A DNA stretch of 43,559 nucleotides from an uncultured Candidatus Saccharibacteria bacterium (GCA_964609785.1 CAZSSN010000001.1:1-43559), one strand, 5' to 3'; positions 1-8,888 are shown, numbered from the stretch's first letter. Made by a program: numbers and translations. Notes: generated from the letters alone by a model not told the origin.

Positions 1-674
1 ACTTCATATATAACATTCGCACTCCCCAACTCCCCCACATTCTTTTTCCAATTGGCAGGATGAAGAAAGACGAGGTGAAGAAGCTAGCTAAGAAGATTGG
101 TTTACCTAATGCTGATAAAAAAGAAAGCATGGGATTATGCTTTGTAGGTAAAATCCGTCTTAAGGAATTTTTGGATCAAAAGTTAAAGCCTAAGCCTGGA
201 AAAATAGTTGCCATTAGTGCAAAAGATGGAGGCAGGCTAGTCACAACTAAAGTTATAGGTGAGCATGAAGGTCTGGCGTATTATACAATTGGCCAGCGTC
301 AGGGTGTGCGTGTTGGTGCCGGCGGTCCTTGGTATGTAGCTCGCAAAGATCTGAAAAAGAATGAACTGTTGGTCACCAACGACCCGAACGATAGCATGCT
401 CGAAACTACTGAAGTGGAATTACACTCTGTAAATTTTATTACCACTCCCCTGTCTTTATCTAACAAAAAAGATGCAACTTCGGGCGGTAAACCTGAAGCT
501 AAGTTGCAAGCTCGGTTCAGACATCAAGGTGAATTGGTTCCACTAACTTTAACCAAGCTTGGCGCTGATCGCTACCATGTGAAATTTAAAAAACCTCAGC
601 AAGCAGTTGCTAGCGGCCAAAGTTTAGTGATGTACGATGGCAAAGTTTGCGTGGGAGGCGGGGTAATAGTATAA
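1..674 (+). CDS. mnmA: tRNA 2-thiouridine(34) synthase MnmA, C-terminal part; the 5' end lies outside the window
   Basis: The frame of ORF 60..674 stays open back to the window edge (..TPQLPHILFPIGRMKKDEVKKLAKKIGLPNADKKESMGLCFVGK..). This matches the conserved MnmA block LFPxG..K..VR..A...GL...KKdS.GiCFiG and the C-terminal barrel region. Confidence 0.85.
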   Translation, partial: FIYNIRTPQLPHILFPIGRMKKDEVKKLAKKIGLPNADKKESMGLCFVGKIRLKEFLDQKLKPKPGKIVAISAKDGGRLVTTKVIGEHEGLAYYTIGQRQGVRVGAGGPWYVARKDLKKNELLVTNDPNDSMLETTEVELHSVNFITTPLSLSNKKDATSGGKPEAKLQARFRHQGELVPLTLTKLGADRYHVKFKKPQQAVASGQSLVMYDGKVCVGGGVIV

Positions 675-686
675 ATTAATTAGTTA

Positions 687-695
687 TGCTATGAT
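687..695 (+). promoter_or_regulatory. Extended -10 promoter (TGcTATGAT) 9 nt upstream of ATG 705
   Basis: TGnTAnnAT element read directly in the sequence. No Shine-Dalgarno lies between it and the ATG. Confidence 0.4.
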
Positions 696-704
696 GCTCC
701 AGCT

Positions 705-950
705 ATGAAACTACCTTCGATATTACAAAGAATCTTGCCTATATTGAGGCAAACAAAAAACTACGCCCGAATTGTAGGCGTAATCTTATTTGCTATTGGT
801 TTAATTGGATTCGCTTTTCGATCCGATAACTCTTTGCCCGATTTATATTTGGGTGGGGCATTACTGCTAGGATTCTGGGGAATCGTTAGCGGTCTATTAG
901 ACGGTGGTCCCGCTAGCACTGCTTCTACTCAAGAATCTGATCAAATTTAA
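705..950 (+). CDS. Small hypothetical membrane protein (2 predicted TM helices)
   Basis: 81-aa ORF with two hydrophobic stretches (IVGVILFAIGLIGFAF, LGGALLLGFWGIVSGLL). I recognise no homology. Confidence 0.5.
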   Translation: MKLPSILQRILPILRQTKNYARIVGVILFAIGLIGFAFRSDNSLPDLYLGGALLLGFWGIVSGLLDGGPASTASTQESDQI

Positions 951-1470
951 CTGTATCCAAGAGGGTATAGAACTCATTGATTTGAGTGGTGTTTGTGCTG
1001 CCGTCAAAAGTATAATAGTACTCCCCTGTTTTCAAACCAACTAAACTTTGAGCAACGCTAAAGCCTTCTTGTCCGCCAATTTTGATTGGTGTTTTCTCTA
1101 AGCCATCTAATCCAAAGTAGCCATCTTCGGATATGTAGATATGCATATCAGGAAATTTTGTTCCTGGGTTTAGGACTATGTCATAAAAACCCATCTTGTT
1201 TATTGAAGACTTAATGGTCCAATTCGCTGGATAGAGAAAGGCGAGTGGGTATGCTTTATCTTGATACTGTTTCCAATCCGTAGTTTCTAATTTAACTATT
1301 GGGTTTTCTTTGATCACTTCCTGCTTTTGGCTCTTATCTTTTAGGGGTGGAGCATTACGCAAAGAAAAATCTGCTACATAAGTGGCGAAGTGCAATGCAA
1401 CGTAGGTTAATAGTAGAGAGATTACTAGGAGACCTATGAAGATTCTGGAACTACGTGGGATATGTTTCAT
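925..1470 (-). CDS. Hypothetical protein with N-terminal membrane anchor
   Basis: 181-aa ORF with an N-terminal hydrophobic helix (IFIGLLVISLLLTYVALHF). Its start overlaps the stop of the upstream ORF (ATGA at 1467..1470). Confidence 0.6.
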   Translation of the reverse strand: MKHIPRSSRIFIGLLVISLLLTYVALHFATYVADFSLRNAPPLKDKSQKQEVIKENPIVKLETTDWKQYQDKAYPLAFLYPANWTIKSSINKMGFYDIVLNPGTKFPDMHIYISEDGYFGLDGLEKTPIKIGGQEGFSVAQSLVGLKTGEYYYTFDGSTNTTQINEFYTLLDTVKFDQILE

Positions 1471-1751
1471 TGGTTTGTATTTATTTCAACGTTGTTTTCA
1501 ATCTTGTCGCGAATGGCATCTTTGTTCTCTAGAGTTGTTTCGAACACTTGTTTAAGATCGGCTTGGGTTCCGCAGTAATATAAATTCTTTGTTAAGTTTG
1601 CGCAGTACCCAGGATTTTTTTGGACATAAGAGTATTTTGGTAAAAACCAAAACAATCCCCAAATGAGAGCGGCGATTAAAAGATATATTACGTACTTTCC
1701 GATTTTCAGCATTTTTGTTTCGTGTGCAGTTTTACTAGCCTGAACTTTCAT
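1467..1751 (-). CDS. Hypothetical small membrane protein
   Basis: 94-aa ORF with one TM helix (YVIYLLIAALIWGLFWFL). It is translationally coupled to 925..1470. Confidence 0.55.
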   Translation of the reverse strand: MKVQASKTAHETKMLKIGKYVIYLLIAALIWGLFWFLPKYSYVQKNPGYCANLTKNLYYCGTQADLKQVFETTLENKDAIRDKIENNVEINTNQ

Positions 1752-1786
1752 TAATTATATCACAATTTTGATGTCTTCAGCTAATC

Positions 1787-1815
1787 TTGATAGAATCTTC
1801 AGTTTTCCTTATAAT
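1787..1815 (+). promoter_or_regulatory. Sigma70-type promoter for tRNA-Gln (TTGATA-N17-TATAAT)
   Basis: -35 TTGATA at 1787..1792, a 17-nt spacer, then -10 TATAAT at 1810..1815. It sits about 35 nt upstream of the tRNA. Confidence 0.55.
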
Positions 1816-1849
1816 TGATAAGCTACATCAAAGTCTTGTTAACAAATAT

Positions 1850-1923
1850 TGGGGTATAGCCAAGCGGTAAGGCAAGCGGTTCTGGTCCGCTGATCCCAGG
1901 TTCGAATCCTGGTACCCCAGCCA
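1850..1923 (+). tRNA. tRNA-Gln (anticodon CUG), 74 nt with encoded CCA
   Basis: The cloverleaf is readable by eye. Acceptor TGGGGTA/TACCCCA; D-arm GCC-AAGCGGTAA-GGC; anticodon stem AGCGG/CCGCT with loop TTCTGGT; T-arm CCAGG-TTCGAAT-CCTGG; discriminator G plus CCA. The outline is very close to E. coli tRNA-Gln. Confidence 0.92.
1905..1923 (+). repeat. attL core: 19-bp direct repeat AATCCTGGTACCCCAGCCA (3' end of tRNA-Gln)
   Basis: An exact second copy lies at 18873..18891. Confidence 0.85.
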
Positions 1924-1952
1924 CCTCGTGCTAGCACGAGGAGCGTATAAGG

Positions 1953-1975
1953 ATCGCCGAAGAGGCGATTTTTTG
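1953..1975 (+). terminator. Rho-independent terminator after tRNA-Gln
   Basis: Hairpin ATCGCC-gaaga-GGCGAT followed by TTTTTT. An 18-nt perfect palindrome CCTCGTGCTAGCACGAGG lies just upstream at 1924..1941. Confidence 0.6.
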
Positions 1976-1982
1976 TTATTAT
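1974..1982 (+). promoter_or_regulatory. Extended -10 promoter (TGtTATTAT) 6 nt upstream of ATG 1989
   Basis: Read directly in the sequence. The spacing implies a leaderless transcript. Confidence 0.4.
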
Positions 1983-1988
1983 CAATAT

Positions 1989-2309
1989 ATGAATCAACTT
2001 CCAGAAAAAGGAACAAAAGAATACGCATTAGCAGATGTGCTTTCTAGACCCAATACAATCAATGGTTTGTATAGAAAACTAAAATTGCCTTTGGAATGGG
2101 AACATTTGAAGAAAAAAGATGCTGTCTACATAACACACCTCGCAGATTTGGCAGATAGGGCGATACAAGAAGCTATTGATAGTGGAAAAGATTTGGACAA
2201 CGATAAAGTTCAAGAAGAGTTGTCAGCTGCGGTATATGGAGGTGCGACAGGTGCTTATTTTGCAATGAGCTATTATAAATTTCTACGTTTTTTAGGTTTG
2301 CGTAAATAG
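1989..2309 (+). CDS. Hypothetical protein (island-borne)
   Basis: 106-aa ORF with no recognisable motif, followed by a terminator at 2346..2372. Confidence 0.5.
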   Translation: MNQLPEKGTKEYALADVLSRPNTINGLYRKLKLPLEWEHLKKKDAVYITHLADLADRAIQEAIDSGKDLDNDKVQEELSAAVYGGATGAYFAMSYYKFLRFLGLRK

Positions 2310-2345
2310 ATTTGACGGTTCTAGCCGAAAGTATGCTTAAAAGTC

Positions 2346-2372
2346 AAAAAAACGCCATCTGGGCGTTTTTTT
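2346..2372. terminator. Bidirectional rho-independent terminator between convergent genes
   Basis: AAAAAAACGCC-atctg-GGCGTTTTTTT: an A-run and a T-run flank a GC stem. Confidence 0.7.
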
Positions 2373-2441
2373 GTGTCTCTTTGACATATAAGAGCCTAAC
2401 CAAAATAGATTGACTGTAGTGTTAAAAAACCTTTCAAATTA

Positions 2442-3518
2442 TTACCAGCGTTCCATATTAGAAAATTGTAGATAATAATCAATCCCTTCGGCTGAAATTG
2501 AAGGATTAAATTCTTTTATAACTTTCTCAACCACTTCCTGAGTTATTGGAGTATCTTCCTTAACACCCACTCTTGCAGAATTATCAGTGATTAATTCAAT
2601 GTCTGAACTGACAAAGTTACGTTCTGTCATTTGTGCTAATTTGTCGTAATCAATTTCTCCTTCAAGTGGGCGACCTGACAGGTATAGTTTAAACAGTTCT
2701 CTGCGAGCTTCATAATCTGGTGGTGGAATGAAAATGCGTTTATCCATACGACCTGAACGTAAAATCGCATGGTCTATTTTATCTGGAAAATTTGTAGCAC
2801 CTATTACTAATACTTTATTATCCGAGGCATTATCAAGCTGCATTAAAAACTCGTTTACTTCTTCTTCCTTGTATGCCGAATTAGAATCTAGCTTTTCTCG
2901 CTTGGGTACTAACCCAGATATTTCATCAATGAAAACTATTGATGGGGCTTTTAGACGAGCCATCTCAAAAACTTTTGCAATTTTATTGGAGGTTTCATGA
3001 ATAAATGGACTTCCAACATCTGAGTGCTTAAGTTCAACGAAATTATACTTAAGTTCTTCCGCCAACTTTTTTACTATGAAAGTTTTGCCAACACCAGGTG
3101 GGCCATAAAGTAATATCCCATTAGGCAGACTTAGTTTATATTTTTTATATTTCTCTGGATTTACTAAAGGTTCAATAATATCTCGGATAAAAAGAGCCTT
3201 TAATTCCTTCATACCTGCTACTTCATCAAAGCCTTTACGCACAGTTAATTCTTCAATAATTTGAGTAATACGTTCCTGAGAATGCTCGGATATTATTATA
3301 CCAAGGTACTCTTTGTTACCCACTCGAATAGTTACCAAGTTATATTTACCTTGGCTCACAACTTCCTCTGGACGAATGTTAGTAAACAAGTACAAAAAAC
3401 TCTCATCTGACAGCGAATAGATTTCTGTGAAGAATATTTTATCAATCCGTTTTTTTACAGTTAAACCATCGTTTACTGAGAAGCCGTTAAATAATATTGG
3501 TTTAGTTATTGAAGTCAT
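2442..3518 (-). CDS. Classic-clade AAA+ ATPase (CDC48/FtsH-like single AAA module with a unique N-domain)
   Basis: Walker A GPPGVGKT; Walker B SIVFIDEISG; second region of homology ATNFPDKIDHAILRSGRMDKRIFIPPPD. It overlaps the upstream ORF by 1 nt. Confidence 0.9.
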   Translation of the reverse strand: MTSITKPILFNGFSVNDGLTVKKRIDKIFFTEIYSLSDESFLYLFTNIRPEEVVSQGKYNLVTIRVGNKEYLGIIISEHSQERITQIIEELTVRKGFDEVAGMKELKALFIRDIIEPLVNPEKYKKYKLSLPNGILLYGPPGVGKTFIVKKLAEELKYNFVELKHSDVGSPFIHETSNKIAKVFEMARLKAPSIVFIDEISGLVPKREKLDSNSAYKEEEVNEFLMQLDNASDNKVLVIGATNFPDKIDHAILRSGRMDKRIFIPPPDYEARRELFKLYLSGRPLEGEIDYDKLAQMTERNFVSSDIELITDNSARVGVKEDTPITQEVVEKVIKEFNPSISAEGIDYYLQFSNMERW

Positions 3519-4213
3519 TAGTTTGGTGAACAGTTATTTCTTAAAAAATTATTATAAGTTTCAACCTTTTGATTATAAGAGTCGATCTTGGCATCTAAAC
3601 TATTAAACTGCCTTTCATAAGTAGAATGTTTGAGGTTGTAATCGTCAATTAAGTTATTGTATCTGTTTATGAGGAACTGGGAAGAGTACTCATTTACATA
3701 CATTGAATCAATTTCAGATTTCAATCTATTTAATTCACTTTCTTTTAGGTCAACTGACGATTGATCTGATTCTATCGAACTTTTCTCAAAATCGGATGGC
3801 TCTAATGTGGTTGCTTTGGCGTTGTTTGATAGACTGCAATAATAAACTTTACCATTTTCGTCTGTAAATTTATAGGTTTCTTCTGTAGGAGTACCTGCGG
3901 TTGTTGTTGGTACTGTAGAGGGGGTTGAGTTACCGCTTGAACTTATAGAGCTAGAATCGTCTGGGGTTGTGGCTACTATAACGATGGTGCCTAAAATAAT
4001 CAACGAAGCAATAGCTCCAATAATAAATTCTACCTTTTTTCTACGAGTTTTGTTAACCCACCACCATTTAAGTCTGCCTATAGAATAAGAAGAAGTAGGT
4101 TTTTCTCGACGACTAGGAAATGTTTCTTTCTGATAATGGGGTCGTGTTTTAGAATCCTCAGTTTTGTCTGAGTCGAGAAATTCTAAATCAAATTCTAAAT
4201 GTTCTTTTGCCAT
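3518..4213 (-). CDS. Single-pass membrane protein with Ser/Thr-rich linker and coiled-coil C-terminal (probably extracytoplasmic) domain
   Basis: Basic N-terminus (KTRRKK) followed by TM helix FIIGAIASLIILGTIVIVA, then SSSISSSGNSTPSTVPTTTAGTPT, then heptad-like repeats. Two Cys residues lie in the C-terminal domain. Confidence 0.7.
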   Translation of the reverse strand: MAKEHLEFDLEFLDSDKTEDSKTRPHYQKETFPSRREKPTSSYSIGRLKWWWVNKTRRKKVEFIIGAIASLIILGTIVIVATTPDDSSSISSSGNSTPSTVPTTTAGTPTEETYKFTDENGKVYYCSLSNNAKATTLEPSDFEKSSIESDQSSVDLKESELNRLKSEIDSMYVNEYSSQFLINRYNNLIDDYNLKHSTYERQFNSLDAKIDSYNQKVETYNNFLRNNCSPN

Positions 4214-4215
4214 GC

Positions 4216-5856
4216 TTAATCCTTATTCCTTATAACATAACTTGCGATCCAAAAGAGTATTCCAATTCCATAAAACCAAACGGTAAACCATCCAATGACA
4301 TAGCAAACATTTGCTATCTGAACATTTTGACGAATACGTTTGAACAATGGCATTAATCCACCCCACATATAACAATCTATAAGAATACTCAATGCGTATT
4401 TATCCATATCACCCTCAGCAAACTTCTCGTTTACTTCCTTTTGTAGATTAGCTTTCCACTCATCAATAGTGCTCAAGCTTTTACTAGAAGCTAGTGCGAC
4501 CATATCACTAACTTGTTTGAGAATCTTTTTAACTCCATCTGGATCTAATCCATCAAATACTTCCAAGTTAGCGAATAGGAAATTTCCAGCCTCTGTAAAA
4601 TTTTGTTGTGCTAAGTCATATTGAGTGCTATCTATAAATTCTTTACCTAGTTGCGATTTTTTAAAAGCAAACATAGTAACAGCTAGTTTTTTCTGATTCA
4701 ATAATGCTTTTTCTAAATCCTTATCACTGGTTGGTAATTGTGTATTTATAAGGTCTATTGCTTCTTTAAACTTTTCCTCAGAGATTAAATCTGTGATTGG
4801 ATTTATTGCAGTATTATATTTCTCATTATTCTTTATCGTATTTATGTCTGCTTGTATTTTATGTTCCATACCTACCGAGCCAGCAATCTTCATTGTTATA
4901 GCAAACAAAGCTAGACACTTATTATTAGTGTCCAAGTTATTGTTATAAATATCTAAAATAACACTACGAATTGAGGTGACCGCCTTGTCTCTAATAGTTT
5001 TTGTCTCGCTGTCTTCATATAGACCTAAATCTATAAGAGTATTAAGCTGAATTTGTATTTTGTGAATACCGTCTTTCAACTCCTTTAATTTAACATCCAA
5101 GTCTGTTGTTATTTCCGTAATTTTTATTCGTTCAATGTCTGCGACTATTGAATGAATGTTATTATAAATAGGATTAACAATATCTGAAGTTGCTTTTTCT
5201 CCCTTAACACCAAACTCAGTAGAAAATTCAGTGAAAAAAGAATTGTCATTTTGTTTTTGACTTATTTCGGTGTAGATGTCAGCAAGGTAAGATGTAACAT
5301 GTTTTTCAAAGTCGGCTATTATTTCTGTGCTAGTATTCATGTCATCATGCTTTTTGAAATACTGTCGAAATGTAGCCCAAAATCGATCGCTATCAATCAG
5401 ATCCTTCCAAATCTCTAAAGAGTTTTTTAAATGGCTGGAATTACTAAGATTTTCATTTAGAAGCAGTACGCAATAAAGCAATGCTAAATTTTTCTTATAG
5501 AAAAAAGCTTTAGTGGTTGATTTGGCCCCAGCTAATCTCCATATTTTTATCGCACTCTCATAAGATTTTGAGTTTAATTCTTCAAAGACTTTTTCATCTA
5601 TTGCATCATTTTCTATAAACCAGAAGAAATACTCTCTTATACGTTTTTTAGGCGTGGAAAGGTTTTGTAAAGCTTCCTTTATACTGTATTCTGTCCTAAT
5701 CTTTGATGGATCTAATAAGTCTCCATCATATGACGGAACTTCGTCTATCTTTAATAGTTTTTGAAGCTCATTAGTCCTTTTTAATATATCTCGCTGGGTC
5801 GCGGTAACTGGCAACCCAAGTACGTGATACGAATTATAGAGTAGAGAATTAATCAT
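4216..5856 (-). CDS. J-domain-like (HPD-less) helical protein with C-terminal membrane anchor
   Basis: The N-terminus YHVLGLPVTATQRDILKRTNELQKLL...IKEALQNLSTPKKRIREYFFWF mimics J-domain helices I-IV, but KIDE replaces the HPD position. The C-terminus VCYVIGWFTVWFYGIGILFWIASYVI is hydrophobic. Confidence 0.65.
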   Translation of the reverse strand: MINSLLYNSYHVLGLPVTATQRDILKRTNELQKLLKIDEVPSYDGDLLDPSKIRTEYSIKEALQNLSTPKKRIREYFFWFIENDAIDEKVFEELNSKSYESAIKIWRLAGAKSTTKAFFYKKNLALLYCVLLLNENLSNSSHLKNSLEIWKDLIDSDRFWATFRQYFKKHDDMNTSTEIIADFEKHVTSYLADIYTEISQKQNDNSFFTEFSTEFGVKGEKATSDIVNPIYNNIHSIVADIERIKITEITTDLDVKLKELKDGIHKIQIQLNTLIDLGLYEDSETKTIRDKAVTSIRSVILDIYNNNLDTNNKCLALFAITMKIAGSVGMEHKIQADINTIKNNEKYNTAINPITDLISEEKFKEAIDLINTQLPTSDKDLEKALLNQKKLAVTMFAFKKSQLGKEFIDSTQYDLAQQNFTEAGNFLFANLEVFDGLDPDGVKKILKQVSDMVALASSKSLSTIDEWKANLQKEVNEKFAEGDMDKYALSILIDCYMWGGLMPLFKRIRQNVQIANVCYVIGWFTVWFYGIGILFWIASYVIRNKD

Positions 5857-5858
5857 AG

Positions 5859-8366
5859 TTACTTAGAAGTTATTCCAGCGACACTAGAGCTGATTTTTGA
5901 TTGTTCTTCAGCAGAAAGCATAGTTAAAAGATTTTGAACACAGCGTTTCAATTCATCGGTATCGCCATTTTCCATAGCCTGTTTACCTTTATCTATAAAG
6001 TAATCAGCATCTTTTTGATTACTAAACTGATGATTTCCTTGAGTGATTTCGTTATAATGCCATGCCCAAGTTTGAGGGTTCGAATATATTATTTTTGCAC
6101 CTAGTTCGGAAATTTGCTGAATAACTCTTTGCAATAAAGTTTTGTCTTCGCTCTCAATTGCTTTTTCTCCTTCTTTTTTCAAAACGCTTAAATGGTCATG
6201 GTTTCGTTCTCGATCCCTGATATCTCCAACACCGTCTATGGCTTCCACAATGAGGTCGTATTTTTCTTTAAATTCTGCTATTAGTTGGGGTAGCTCTTTT
6301 CCTTTCTCCAACTTTTCCATGCGAGTTTTTAAATCCTTGAGTTGTTTACTAGCTTTGCGTTTTTCGTCTTCATCAGTATTGCCATGTTTTATGCTTGTTT
6401 CAATAGACTCAATTTCGTATGCGATTTTTTTCTTATCCTCAGTCGTATAAGTATCACTATTTTTTTCAAGTCTAGTTTTCTGCAAAGTCAGGTCTTCATG
6501 TAATCGATCACTGTCTATGGTCTCAGCAACAATAGTGGCACGGACACGGCCAGAAATATCTACCGAGGGAATATAATATTCTACATCAAGTTGACGAGAT
6601 TCATTTATTGTAATTGTTAAATCTATATCTGTACCATCTGGTAAATCATGGGGTAAATCACTTCCTTTAATTCCTAGCTTGCAGATAAAATCGTTGTTGT
6701 TTGGATTATCTGATTCTCCCTCTAAAACTTTAATTGGTAATTCGTTTACATTATCATTTTTGGCTAACTTTCTAGCCAATTGATAAGATTTCGTCTTTTT
6801 TAATGGCAAAGTACTACCACGCTCAAAGAATATATCAAACTTTTCTATTGTTGATCCGCTAAGTAAAGCACTTTTATCTAAAATAGATACACCTACTGTA
6901 TGAGGAATAGGTGCACCTGCAATTGTTAATCCATGAGTAATGCTAAACGACTCTGGATAAACGGGAATAGAATTTCCTTTCTTATCAAATAGGTAAATCC
7001 AAAATAAATTGGTTTTATTCTGCTCTAAAGAAATAGTTTCAATAAGTTTTCCTGAAGCTTTCAATTTAATTTTAGGGCTATTATAGTAACCGCTTTCGCC
7101 CTGAATTTGTATGTAGTAATCTTCAGACTTACCCTCTAGTCCTTTAATATCTCCTGTGATAAGAACATCGGTTTCTGCTGTCATTGGATCATAATCAAGA
7201 ACTAATTCTTTGGCACCACTAGTTCTTGGCTTTTCTTCTTCTAAAATATCTTGTGGAATTCTTTGACCTGCTGCATAAATACAAGCACCCTTTGCAACTA
7301 CAGTAAGGGGGTCTGATGAGCTGTCAATTTCTATTTTCAAAGCTTTTTCCAATTGCTCTCTAACGTAAGGAATTTGAGTTGGTCCACCTACAAGCACGAC
7401 TTTGGAAACCGAGGCTTCTTTAATTCCTGCATCTTTGATAGTTTCTTGTGCTAAATCAATAGTTTTTGCGATAAATGGTTCAATTAACTTTTCAAATTCT
7501 TTTCGACTAAAATCAATAGTCGTGACAATATCTCGTGACGGAATTTCAATTAGCATCGAAGTTGTATCTTCTTGAGACAGACTTATCTTCGCCGTCTCTG
7601 CTTCATATTTTACGTATGATAATATAGACTGGACTTCGCCGTCTTTATTAGATCTATCTAAGTCTGAGAGGTCATACTCCTTTTTAAGTTGGGGAATAAT
7701 AATTTTTTCTACGATAAGCCAGTCAAAGTTTTTGCCCCCCAAAAAGTTATCTCCATTATGACCTAATACACTCAGCACTCCTGCTTTAGAAGAAATCAAT
7801 GCAACATCAAAAGTTCCACCTCCCAAATCGTAGACTAACCAAGTTTCTTCCTTAACATTATTGAACCCATAAGCCATAGCTGCGGCTATGGGTTCTTGTA
7901 GTAAAACGATATGTTTAAAGCCAGCCAAGTTTCCAGCTCTTTTTGTAGCTTCTGCTTGAAGAGTAGAGAAATATGCAGGAATAGTAATTACAGCTGCGGT
8001 GGTGTCAAACTCTGGGTATTTTCGTAAAACATCGGATTTTAAGTTTGTAAGAATTTCTCCAGATATCTCTTCAGCCGTCATATCCTTATTGAGCCGATCA
8101 AAGTGCACGGTTTCAGGAGTTCCCATAAGACGCTTAACTTCTGCCTTATAGTTTTTAATGCTGTCGCTAGAGGAGTCTTTAAATAATTTTTCGTATGCAC
8201 GTCTTCCAACTTCAATATTATTAGCTTTGTTTACTCCAAAAACAGAAGGAGTATACTCGTCTTGGAAGATATTTTTTACCACCTCTGGAATTCCATTTCT
8301 GTTTACAGCTATTTCAGAGTTAGTAGTTCCTAAATCTATACCGATTTGAATATTGTGTGCACTCAT
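5859..8366 (-). CDS. Atypical Hsp70-family ATPase (835 aa) with an inserted domain and a long helical C-terminal extension
   Basis: Hsp70 signatures present: IGIDLGTTNS, ITIPAYFS, LQEPIAAAMAYG, LVYDLGGGTFDVALI, VVLVGGPTQIPYV. SBD-beta-like block LPIKVLEGESDNPNNNDFICKLGIKG..IDLTITINESRQLDV. Confidence 0.92.
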   Translation of the reverse strand: MSAHNIQIGIDLGTTNSEIAVNRNGIPEVVKNIFQDEYTPSVFGVNKANNIEVGRRAYEKLFKDSSSDSIKNYKAEVKRLMGTPETVHFDRLNKDMTAEEISGEILTNLKSDVLRKYPEFDTTAAVITIPAYFSTLQAEATKRAGNLAGFKHIVLLQEPIAAAMAYGFNNVKEETWLVYDLGGGTFDVALISSKAGVLSVLGHNGDNFLGGKNFDWLIVEKIIIPQLKKEYDLSDLDRSNKDGEVQSILSYVKYEAETAKISLSQEDTTSMLIEIPSRDIVTTIDFSRKEFEKLIEPFIAKTIDLAQETIKDAGIKEASVSKVVLVGGPTQIPYVREQLEKALKIEIDSSSDPLTVVAKGACIYAAGQRIPQDILEEEKPRTSGAKELVLDYDPMTAETDVLITGDIKGLEGKSEDYYIQIQGESGYYNSPKIKLKASGKLIETISLEQNKTNLFWIYLFDKKGNSIPVYPESFSITHGLTIAGAPIPHTVGVSILDKSALLSGSTIEKFDIFFERGSTLPLKKTKSYQLARKLAKNDNVNELPIKVLEGESDNPNNNDFICKLGIKGSDLPHDLPDGTDIDLTITINESRQLDVEYYIPSVDISGRVRATIVAETIDSDRLHEDLTLQKTRLEKNSDTYTTEDKKKIAYEIESIETSIKHGNTDEDEKRKASKQLKDLKTRMEKLEKGKELPQLIAEFKEKYDLIVEAIDGVGDIRDRERNHDHLSVLKKEGEKAIESEDKTLLQRVIQQISELGAKIIYSNPQTWAWHYNEITQGNHQFSNQKDADYFIDKGKQAMENGDTDELKRCVQNLLTMLSAEEQSKISSSVAGITSK

Positions 8367-8375
8367 AAATAAAAA

Positions 8376-8888
8376 TTAATTTTTAACTACTATAACTTTA
8401 GCTCTTTTTACTAGTTCTCCACGCACCATTAAAGATGGTTCAAAAGTTTCTTTAATATAAGGCTCAGTCACAGAAGTATCGGTTTCATAATTTAAAACTT
8501 CAACATTTAATCCATCGTTGAATTTTTGACCAGTATAATCAATTATATCAATATCGTGTTTTGATAAATACCTTTTAAACTTACTTACGGAATGAGCAGT
8601 AGCTTTTGAATAATTTTCTGGCAATTGATCAACTTTAGCAAGTCTTGTCTCGAGTCTCCAAACCTCAACTGCTAACTCTAGTATTTCTTCTAAGGCTACG
8701 GAGATATCTAGGAATTTCGGTTGGACTACTGATCTCAATTCATTCTGCAGATCCTTAGACGTTTTTGCTATAGATCTCAAAATTAACTGCTTCAATATTA
8801 AGAGTGCTATTAGTAGAATCACTACTAGTAAAAGAGCTATTAAAAAAATAGTTATGTAAACAGAATTTGTTGAAATAAAGGTACTCAT
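8376..8888 (-). CDS. Membrane-anchored GrpE-like putative nucleotide exchange factor
   Basis: N-terminal TM helix (VYITIFLIALLLVVILLIALLIL). The C-terminal half resembles the GrpE beta domain (DIDIIDYTGQKFNDGLNVEVL....GELVKRAKVIVVK). Confidence 0.55.
   Translation of the reverse strand: MSTFISTNSVYITIFLIALLLVVILLIALLILKQLILRSIAKTSKDLQNELRSVVQPKFLDISVALEEILELAVEVWRLETRLAKVDQLPENYSKATAHSVSKFKRYLSKHDIDIIDYTGQKFNDGLNVEVLNYETDTSVTEPYIKETFEPSLMVRGELVKRAKVIVVKN

Noticed and set aside
1828-2028. 66-aa minus-strand ORF
   Set aside because: It lies antisense across tRNA-Gln and its terminators. It has no RBS and its composition is dictated by the tRNA. I treat it as spurious.
2728-8349. Plus-strand ORFs 2728..3000, 6142..6450 and 8158..8349 inside the AAA+ and Hsp70 genes
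   Set aside because: These are shadow ORFs antisense to long, motif-supported genes. Their Ser/Leu/Phe-rich composition is typical of reverse-frame artefacts in AT-rich DNA.
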